From an uncultured bacterium (lineage in GTDB: Bacteria > Acidobacteriota > Thermoanaerobaculia > Multivoradales > JAHZIX01): a DNA stretch of 64,000 nucleotides. Positions 19,145 through 26,158 of the stretch are shown piece after piece. The notes below the pieces were generated by a model that worked only from the letters and a program-made list of their open reading frames with translations, was not told where the DNA came from and did no database searches. Location of the stretch: the NCBI GenBank assembly GCA_965368975.1, contig CBDUPA010000013.1, positions 96,001 through 160,000 on the forward strand, written 5' to 3'. Within the stretch, counting starts at the first letter, position 1, and every line of letters starts with the position of its first letter. Made by a program: the position numbers and the translations under genes.

Positions 19145-19303
19145 ATGAAGAAGAAGCTGGAACGGATGAACGAAGACTTGTTCGAGAGCCTGAGCGTCGA
19201 AGAAACCCAGATGGTCGCCGGTGGTGCCGAGGGCACCGCTGAGGCCACCTACAACCAGACCTCCGGCTGGGACGCCAAGGCCGACATCAAGTTCAAGTTC
19301 TGA
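19145..19303 (+). CDS. Graspetide precursor A3 (52 aa): MKKKLERMNEDLFESLSVEETQMVAGG|AEGTAEATYNQTSGWDAKADIKFKF
   Basis: Hand-translated; AGAGGA RBS; core identical to A1. Confidence 0.9.
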   Translation: MKKKLERMNEDLFESLSVEETQMVAGGAEGTAEATYNQTSGWDAKADIKFKF

Positions 19304-19318
19304 TTCACGTTTCGGTTC

Positions 19319-19367
19319 ACACAGAGACGGCGGAGAGCGGGAGTCTCCCTCTCCGCCGTCTCTGTGT
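19319..19367 (+). terminator. Perfect 19-bp stem-loop between precursors and maturase genes
   Basis: acacagagacggcggagag-N11-ctctccgccgtctctgtgt, followed by tcacgtttt. Confidence 0.75.
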
Positions 19368-19476
19368 TCACGTTTTCCGCTTCGTGTCGAGATCGGCTTG
19401 CCCCTGGGGCTCCACGACCGCCGAACTGATATCATGATGTTGCAGAAGCGGCCTGCGAGTTAGGGAAGGAAGGCCG

Positions 19477-20544
19477 ATGATCCTGATCCTCAGCCAGAGT
19501 GGTTTCGAGACCACCACCGAGCGGGTCATGGACTGGCTGGAAGCAGCTGGCGCCCCGCACCGGCGAGTGAACGGTCGTGATCTCAGTCGCGACGCTCGCC
19601 TCGATCTGCAGCTGGACGGCTGCGGCACGTCGCTGCGGCTGGAGAACGAGGGCGAACCGCTCGATCTCGATGCGGTCGATGCCGTGTGGGCTCGACGCTG
19701 GAGTGCCGATGCGCACCTCGAGACTCTCGGCTACTTCGAGCAGGGTGCCACGCCCGCGCCCCTACCCCACACTGCTTTCCAGATCCAGAAGCAGCTCAGC
19801 TTCGACCTGCACAAGCTCAGCGAGTTCTTCTTCGAACGCCTGCGAGACAGACCCTGGTTGACGCGACCGGGCACCATCAGTCCGAACAAGCTGACGGTCC
19901 TGGAGCGAGCCGTCGCTCACGGCATGGACATCCCGGCCACGCTGGTGACCACCGAGCGCGCGGCGGTGAGCTGTTTTGTCGAACGCTTCGAACGAGTGAT
20001 CACGAAGGTTGTCGGCGAGGTCGACATCTTTCCGTTCGAGGACGCGACGGCCATGCTCTATACCGCCCTCCTCGACGCCGCTGCGGTGGCAGCGCTGCCT
20101 GAGCACTTCTTCCCGTCGCTGTTCCAGGAGGCGGTGAGCAAGAGCTACGAAATCCGCGTCTTCTATCTCGACGGCCGGTGCGACGCCATGGCGATCTTCT
20201 CGCAGGCCGATGCGCAGACCGCTGCCGACTTTCGCAACTACAACTACCAGAAGCCCAACCGAAACGTCCCGTACCGCTTGCCGGCACGGCTCGAAACCAA
20301 GGTGCGCGCCTTGATGGACGAACTCGAGCTCGATACCGGCTCCCTCGACTTCATGAAGGCCCAGGACGGCCGCGACATCTTCCTCGAAGTCAATCCGGTG
20401 GGCCAGTTCGGCATGGTGTCGCTGCCCTGCAACTATCACCTGGAAAAGCAGGTGGCCGAGTACCTGGTGCGCCTGGCTACTGGATACGAGGCGGCGAGGC
20501 GACAGGAAGCAGCGGAGACGGAGGCGACCGGAGCTGAAGCATGA
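19477..20544 (+). CDS. gwsG: Grasp-with-SPASM system ATP-grasp peptide maturase
   Basis: MILILSQ...TTERVMDWL N-terminus; NKL.VL..A...G.DIPATLVT; FFPSLFQE.V.K.YEIRVFYL; MAIFSQ...T..DFR.YN..KPNR.VPY; FLEVNPVGQFGMVS.PCNY.LEK. Confidence 0.9.
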   Translation: MILILSQSGFETTTERVMDWLEAAGAPHRRVNGRDLSRDARLDLQLDGCGTSLRLENEGEPLDLDAVDAVWARRWSADAHLETLGYFEQGATPAPLPHTAFQIQKQLSFDLHKLSEFFFERLRDRPWLTRPGTISPNKLTVLERAVAHGMDIPATLVTTERAAVSCFVERFERVITKVVGEVDIFPFEDATAMLYTALLDAAAVAALPEHFFPSLFQEAVSKSYEIRVFYLDGRCDAMAIFSQADAQTAADFRNYNYQKPNRNVPYRLPARLETKVRALMDELELDTGSLDFMKAQDGRDIFLEVNPVGQFGMVSLPCNYHLEKQVAEYLVRLATGYEAARRQEAAETEATGAEA

Positions 20545-20762
20545 ACGAGCACGACGATGCACGCGCCTTCTTCCGCAGACTGAGCCCGCAGGCACAGGAA
20601 GAGGCGTCGATCCCCTATCGCTTCGCGGAGTTGCGCCGCCCCGAAGCCGTGGCGGTGCAACGCGTAGCGCAGAGTGACCACTATCGCAGCGACGCCTTCG
20701 AGTGCCGTGCCTTCCACAAGCCGATCTCCCGATGCTTTCCGCCCGTGGAGGAACCAGCATGA
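20541..20762 (+). CDS. Small hypothetical protein (73 aa) coupled between gwsG and gwsS
   Basis: ATGA overlaps at both ends (20541-20544 and 20759-20762). Confidence 0.65.
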   Translation: MNEHDDARAFFRRLSPQAQEEASIPYRFAELRRPEAVAVQRVAQSDHYRSDAFECRAFHKPISRCFPPVEEPA

Positions 20763-21793
20763 ATGGGGACCGCCGCTTCCGTCTCTTCGCGAACTGCATC
20801 CCTGTGCGCGGAGCCCGGCGCAGTGTGATCTGTGACCTGCAGCGAGGCAGCTATCGTTTCATCCCCAATGGCCTGTACGACATCCTCACCGCATACCCCG
20901 ACCGCACGCTGGACGAAATTCGAGCCGATTTCGAGGCCACCGAGCACGAGATCATCGACGAGTATTTCGATTTCCTGCTGCGCCACGAACTCGGCTTCTG
21001 GTGCGAGGAGCCGGAACGTTTTCCCGCTCTCGATCTCAGCTGGGAGGTGCCCCAGCGCATCACCAACGCCATCATCGATCTCGACGCAAGCTCCGAGCAC
21101 CAACACCCCAGCGCCTTCGCACAGCTGATCACGCAGCTCGACGACCTCGGTTGCAGAGCCTTGGAGCTGCGCGTATTCGCCGGCCTGGAACCCTCCCGAC
21201 TGCCAGCACTCCTCGCTACCTGCCAGCGCAGCCGCCTGCGCTCGATCGACCTGTTGACGCCCTACCAGGAAGGCATGCTCGATGATGACTGGCAGCAGCT
21301 GTGCCAGCAACATCCACGACTGAGCCAGATCGTGATCCACTCGGCGCCCGAGACACGCCGCATTCGCGTCGAGGGGACCGGCGTGCCCATCCACTACCGC
21401 CGCGAGCACATCAATGCGCCGAGCTGCTGCGGCCAGGTGCATCCGGGCTACTTCGTGTGCAACCTGAAGATGTTCACCGAGGCACAGACTCACAATACCT
21501 GCCTCAACCGCAAGCTGGCTGTCGATGCCGGCGGTGAGATCAAGAACTGCCCGTCCATGCCCCGCTCCTTCGGCAACGTTCGAGAGACATCTCTGCACAG
21601 CGCACTGGCGCACCGTGACTTCCCCCGCTGGTGGCGCGTGCACAAGGATCAGATCGACGTCTGCAAGGACTGTGAGTTCCGGTACCTGTGCACCGATTGC
21701 CGTGCCTACCTCAGCGATCGCGACAATCTCCTCTCCAAGCCCGCGAAGTGCACGTATGACCCCTACACGGCCAGCTGGGGATCGGCAAGCTGA
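20759..21793 (+). CDS. gwsS: Grasp-with-SPASM system SPASM-domain peptide maturase
   Basis: FRLFANCIPVRGARRSVICDLQR N-terminus; ITNAIID; NTCLNRK, NCPSM, CKDCEFRYLCTDCRAY, KPAKCTYDPY. Start placed at ATG 20759 (ATGA overlap, GGAGG RBS). Confidence 0.9.
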   Translation: MNGDRRFRLFANCIPVRGARRSVICDLQRGSYRFIPNGLYDILTAYPDRTLDEIRADFEATEHEIIDEYFDFLLRHELGFWCEEPERFPALDLSWEVPQRITNAIIDLDASSEHQHPSAFAQLITQLDDLGCRALELRVFAGLEPSRLPALLATCQRSRLRSIDLLTPYQEGMLDDDWQQLCQQHPRLSQIVIHSAPETRRIRVEGTGVPIHYRREHINAPSCCGQVHPGYFVCNLKMFTEAQTHNTCLNRKLAVDAGGEIKNCPSMPRSFGNVRETSLHSALAHRDFPRWWRVHKDQIDVCKDCEFRYLCTDCRAYLSDRDNLLSKPAKCTYDPYTASWGSAS

Positions 21794-21830
21794 CTCTCGT
21801 CGCCTCTTGCCCTCAGCAGACGACTTGCCC

Positions 21831-23012
21831 TCAGCAAATGGCGTGCTGCCCTGTCCGTTCCTGCGCCCCTGAGGTGCGGATCCCATCGTCACCGTTCGCT
21901 TCCAGATCGTATTGGCGAATCTTGTTGAACAGCGTCTTGCGGCTGATTCCCAGGCTCTCGGCCGTGGCAGTGCGGTTCCCGTGGTAGATCAAGAGTCGAG
22001 ACAGAATCATCTGCTTCTCCACCTGCTCGGTCGCCTGCCCGACGGCCTCGGCCAGCGTCATCCGGTCCAACCGTTCGACCGATAGCCGGCCTTCGATCTT
22101 GCTGTGCCAGGCTGCCGAGATCGGCTTCTCAGGCTCGAGCAAACGTGCCGGCAAGTCCTCCTCCTGGAGGACGTCGGCGCTCGCCAGGACCATCGAGCGA
22201 CACAGAGTGTTCTCTAGCTCCCGTACGTTCCCCGGCCAGTCGTGGCGCACCAGGACGCGCATCGCCTCCGGGGTGATTCCCCGTATGCTCAAGCCGAGCT
22301 GGCGATTGATCTTGCTGACCAGGTAATTGCACAGCAAGGGAATGTCCTGGCGCCGCTCGCGCAGGGGCGGCAGCTCGACGTGCACCACGTTGAGCCTCCA
22401 GTACAGGTCATCCCGGAATCGCCCCTCGGCGACCTCCTGTTCGAGATTCTTGTTGGTCGCGGCCACCAGACGAACATCGACATCCCGCGGCTCACGCGCG
22501 CCGACCGGCGTATAGCGCCGCTCCTGCAGCACGCGCAAGAGCTTGGCCTGGGCATCAATCGCCAGATCTCCGACCTCGTCGAGGAAGAGAGTCCCGTGAT
22601 CAGCCTGCTCGAAGCGCCCGATGCGACTGTCTCGAGCGTCCGTGAAAGCGCCCTGGATGTGGCCGAAGAACTCACTCTCGACCAGGTTCTGCGGAATCGC
22701 GCTGCAATTGACCGCTACGAACGGACCGGCCACCCGCAAGCTGCCGCAGTGCAACGTCCGAGCCACCAGTTCCTTGCCGGTGCCCGACTCGCCGGTCACC
22801 AAGACCGTAGCGTCGACCCTGGCCACCTTGCTGACCGTGGCCAGCACCTGCTGGATCCCCGGACTGCGCCCGATCATCTGCGTCTCCTGCTGGCCGCAGT
22901 CCTGACGGCTGGGGCGCTGGCGGGGCGCCGGGGAAGCCTCGGACGAGGGCACCACCGAAGCGATGCCGGTTCGGCGGACTGAGGATCGATCCGCAACGGC
23001 TGAGGGAAGCAT
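21831..23012 (-). CDS. Sigma-54 enhancer-binding protein (AAA+ and Fis HTH) without a recognisable regulatory domain
   Basis: GESGTGKELVA, GAFTDA, LFLDEVGDL, FRDDLYWRLNVV, WPGNVRELEN, HTH 'GNRTATAESLGISRKTLFNKI'. GGAGGT RBS before ATG 23012. Confidence 0.9.
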   Translation of the reverse strand: MLPSAVADRSSVRRTGIASVVPSSEASPAPRQRPSRQDCGQQETQMIGRSPGIQQVLATVSKVARVDATVLVTGESGTGKELVARTLHCGSLRVAGPFVAVNCSAIPQNLVESEFFGHIQGAFTDARDSRIGRFEQADHGTLFLDEVGDLAIDAQAKLLRVLQERRYTPVGAREPRDVDVRLVAATNKNLEQEVAEGRFRDDLYWRLNVVHVELPPLRERRQDIPLLCNYLVSKINRQLGLSIRGITPEAMRVLVRHDWPGNVRELENTLCRSMVLASADVLQEEDLPARLLEPEKPISAAWHSKIEGRLSVERLDRMTLAEAVGQATEQVEKQMILSRLLIYHGNRTATAESLGISRKTLFNKIRQYDLEANGDDGIRTSGAQERTGQHAIC

Positions 23013-23141
23013 CGTTCTCACCTCCATCCATTCGTCCAGGTAGACGAGGTGTCCTAGCGCTTCACGTCTTCTAGGAGTTGCGCTGCCCCATGGAGCGCCT
23101 CCTACTCATCTAGTATACGCCTTCCGATTGCCGGCGCCAGT

Positions 23142-24059
23142 TCAAGACCTCGGCTTGCGAATCCGAGCGACCAGACCGTCTTGCAGCTTTACCCCAGAAG
23201 CTGCGGGCTCGAGTTCTGCCTCTACAAACACCAGTTGCGAGGCCGCGTCGACCTGGGGCGCGATCTGCGACACCGTGCCACGCAGCGTCAAATCCATGCC
23301 TTCCAGCGAGGCTTCAACGCGGTCGCCTGCCTGCAGGTGGCTGACGACCTGCGGCGGAACCGCGAAACGCAAGACGAAGTCGTCCGAAGCGATGAGCCGA
23401 AGCACGGGCGTGCCAGGGTGAACCTGGGCCCCGGGATCCAGGAAGCGGGCCGCAATGCGGCCGTCGATCGGGGCGCGCAGCACCGAGCGCTGGAGCCGGT
23501 TCTCCAGTTGCAGCACGTAGGCCGCCTGCTCAGCGACGCGGGCGCGGGCACTCTCGACGTCGGCCACTGCCATATCTCGCTCGCTGTGGCTGCTCTCCAA
23601 TTCTTCCTGCGCGAAGAGATCCGGCATCGTTCGGCGTCGGCGCAGCTGCTCCTCGGCTCGGCGCAACTCGACCTCGGCGCGGCGCACGTCGGCTGCCGCT
23701 GCTTGACGACTGGCCTGAGCTCGGGCCAGATCTTGCGTCAGCTCCTGGGTTTCCAGGCGGGCCAACGGCTGCCCCGTCAGCACCGCATCCCCGACCCGCA
23801 CGGCCACTTCGGCAAGCGTGCCGTCGACCTCGGCGCCCAGGTCGACAGCCTGCCGTGCTACCACCACGCCGATCCAGCGCCCCTGCTCCGGCTCTGCCGC
23901 GGTGCCCACACCTTCGACCTCTTGCCCGGGAAGCGTGGAGCTTGCAAGCGGCGCTGGTCCCCCATCGTCGGGCACCGGCTCGGCAGAGCATCCGGCAAGA
24001 CCGCTCAGAGCGCTGAGCAGACTGAGAACCACAACGAGAAAGCCTTTTCTTGCAGGCAT
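23142..24059 (-). CDS. Efflux membrane-fusion (periplasmic adaptor) lipoprotein
   Basis: Start at ATG 24059 gives a signal peptide with lipobox LAG-C; lipoyl half 'V.VRVGDAV..GQPLARL'; coiled coil; 'LRAPIDGRI'. Confidence 0.8.
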   Translation of the reverse strand: MPARKGFLVVVLSLLSALSGLAGCSAEPVPDDGGPAPLASSTLPGQEVEGVGTAAEPEQGRWIGVVVARQAVDLGAEVDGTLAEVAVRVGDAVLTGQPLARLETQELTQDLARAQASRQAAAADVRRAEVELRRAEEQLRRRRTMPDLFAQEELESSHSERDMAVADVESARARVAEQAAYVLQLENRLQRSVLRAPIDGRIAARFLDPGAQVHPGTPVLRLIASDDFVLRFAVPPQVVSHLQAGDRVEASLEGMDLTLRGTVSQIAPQVDAASQLVFVEAELEPAASGVKLQDGLVARIRKPRS

Positions 24060-24170
24060 TTGCGTCCCTCTCTCTCGGCGCGGTAGCGGTTGACGCTCAA
24101 CGCTGGTGGTTGATACCGTGAGTCCAGGTGCCATGTTGCAAGCCGGGTCCATCACCTGGGGAGGTACAAC

Positions 24171-26156
24171 GTGAACGCCGCATCAACAACTGTACCAGTT
24201 CCCACCTTGCTGCTGGGCTTTCCAGCACCGCTGCGGCATCAGCTCGTCGACGCACTCGCAGGCCTCGTCGAAGACCTGCAAGCCAGCCCCCAGGCGGCAG
24301 ACGACCGGGCTCCGGCGTTGGTCTGCCTCGGACCGGAGTTGCCGGGGTCGCAGGCAGCGACCTGGCTGGAGCATTCGTTGCCACCGCCGGCGGTGACGTC
24401 GGCGGTTGGCACGTCGGCGGTTGGCACGTCGGCAGTAGGTCAACCGTTGGTTCTCGTACTCGCCGGCGGCGACGATCTCAGCCTTTTTCAGCCCTGGCTC
24501 GACGCCGATCAGCTCTACTACTTGAGCCCAGGGCCGCCACCGCCAGCGCAGCTCACGGCCCTCCTACGGAGCGCGGCGCAGCATTGCCGTGCCGCCACCC
24601 GGATGGCCGCAGGTATGGCACCTTCCGCTGCCCTCTCCGGCCCCCCGGCCACGGGTCTGACGCAGCCGGCAGTACAGCAAGCGCTTCGCCGCCTGGGTTT
24701 GCAGGATGATCCAGGCGATGGAGCCGAATTGCTGTCCGAAGCCGTCCGAGAGAGCGTTCGCGCCGATGGCGGTGTCTGCTGGCTGCACGACACCCGCGAT
24801 CAGAGCTTGTGGACACGCGACAGCAGCAGCGGTGGCGAACGCCGCCACAGCGCCAGTGTCGGCCTGACCAGCTTCGTCCTGCGCAGTGGTCTGGCCCTGT
24901 CTCTGCGACGCTCGAGCGAGGATCAGCGCTTCGACCCGGAAGCCGATGCTGTGGTGCTGCACTCAGGGCCCGCGGCCGTCAGCGAGGAGGACGCGGCAGA
25001 CCGATGGCTCGCCGTGCCGGTCAGGGCGCCGGCGGCAGACGGCGAGATCCACGGGCCCGTGATCGCCGTGCTGGTTGCCCAGCGCCACGGCAATCGTGCT
25101 GCCTTCAACCCTCACGACCAGCGAGTGCTGGAGCAGCTGGCGACGGCCGCGGCTCCCCACGTACTGGCCCTGGTCGAAGGCGATGCCACGCCCGAGCTCG
25201 AGGTCCCCCAGGCGGCCGCCGACCTGTTCCGCCGCGAGGCCCTGCGCGACTCGCTCCTGGGCCACGAGAGTGCTCGCGATCCGCTAATGCTGTCCCCGAC
25301 CTGGACACGCTGGTCCTACCGCCTGCTGGTGGCGGCGCTCGGTGCGGCGTTGCTGTTCTCGCTCGTCTTCGAGGTCGGCGAGTATGCCCGCGGTATCGCC
25401 GTGATCACCCTCGGCGGCCGTACCGACCTGACCGCCGTCGCCGCCGGAACCGCACAAGCCGTCGAAGTCGAACCCGGAGACGCGGTATCGGCCGGCCAGG
25501 TGCTGGTGCGGTTCTATGAGGCCGGCGAGCTGGCCGAGCTGGAGCGTATCGACCGCGAGATCGAGCTGCACCTGATCAACCGCCTACGCTTTCCCGCGGA
25601 TCCAGCCTCGGAGCAAGCTCTGCTGTCCCTGCGAGCGCAGCGTGAGCTGGCCACGGCACGCCTCGAGGAGCGCTCGCTCCGCGCCCCGGTGAGCGGCAGG
25701 ATCAGCGACCTGCGCGTGCGGGCCGGCCAGTACCTGACGCCCGGGCAACTCCTGCTGTCCGTGCTCCACGAAGATAGCGTGCCGAAGGCGGTCATTCTGC
25801 TACCTGGCGAGTACCGACCGCTGGTGCAAGAGGGGATGCGCGTGCGCCTGGAGATCTCCGGATACAACTATGCCTACCAGCTGCTGGACGTTGAGCAGGT
25901 GAGCGAGAACGTCGTCGGTCCGAACGAAGCTCGGCGCTACCTGAGCGAGGGCGTCGCCGACACGGTTCGTGTGCCGGGGCCCGTCGTCCTGCTCGAGGCC
26001 GCTTTGCCCTCGCTGACCTTCCAGGCTGACGGCGACATCTACCAGTACCACAACGGCATGCTCGGAACCGCCGAGGTTCGCGTACGGTCCGAGAAAATCC
26101 TGTTCACCCTCGTGCCCGGACTGAAAGCCGCGCTCACTTTCGCCAACGGGAGCTGA
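24171..26156 (+). CDS. GAF-domain / HlyD-family secretion adaptor fusion
   Basis: GAF-like segment (GLTSFVLRSG...DQRFDPEAD...WLAVPV...VIAVLVA...AFNPHDQRVLEQLA), then 'LFRREAL', TM helix, lipoyl/coiled coil and C-terminal 'GMLGTAEVRVRSEKILFTLVPGLK'. Confidence 0.8.
   Translation: MNAASTTVPVPTLLLGFPAPLRHQLVDALAGLVEDLQASPQAADDRAPALVCLGPELPGSQAATWLEHSLPPPAVTSAVGTSAVGTSAVGQPLVLVLAGGDDLSLFQPWLDADQLYYLSPGPPPPAQLTALLRSAAQHCRAATRMAAGMAPSAALSGPPATGLTQPAVQQALRRLGLQDDPGDGAELLSEAVRESVRADGGVCWLHDTRDQSLWTRDSSSGGERRHSASVGLTSFVLRSGLALSLRRSSEDQRFDPEADAVVLHSGPAAVSEEDAADRWLAVPVRAPAADGEIHGPVIAVLVAQRHGNRAAFNPHDQRVLEQLATAAAPHVLALVEGDATPELEVPQAAADLFRREALRDSLLGHESARDPLMLSPTWTRWSYRLLVAALGAALLFSLVFEVGEYARGIAVITLGGRTDLTAVAAGTAQAVEVEPGDAVSAGQVLVRFYEAGELAELERIDREIELHLINRLRFPADPASEQALLSLRAQRELATARLEERSLRAPVSGRISDLRVRAGQYLTPGQLLLSVLHEDSVPKAVILLPGEYRPLVQEGMRVRLEISGYNYAYQLLDVEQVSENVVGPNEARRYLSEGVADTVRVPGPVVLLEAALPSLTFQADGDIYQYHNGMLGTAEVRVRSEKILFTLVPGLKAALTFANGS
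24396..24440 (+). repeat. 15-nt tandem repeat x3 (TSAVG)
   Basis: acgtcggcggttggc x2 plus acgtcggcagtaggt. Confidence 0.7.
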
Positions 26157-26158
26157 AC

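Noticed and set aside
18684-19303. Repeated DNA that could be read as a CRISPR array or non-coding repeat
   Set aside because: The repeats are paralogous coding sequences; there is no constant repeat-spacer period and no cas gene.
18518-19435. Minus-strand ORFs 18518-18784, 18829-19032 and 19052-19435 with mutually similar segments
   Set aside because: They are antisense shadows of precursor genes A1-A3, which have RBSs, GG leaders and a synonymous-only substitution pattern on the plus strand.
21806-21836. 13-nt direct repeat cttgccctcagca between gwsS and the bEBP stop
   Set aside because: Only two copies, with no associated transposase or integrase.
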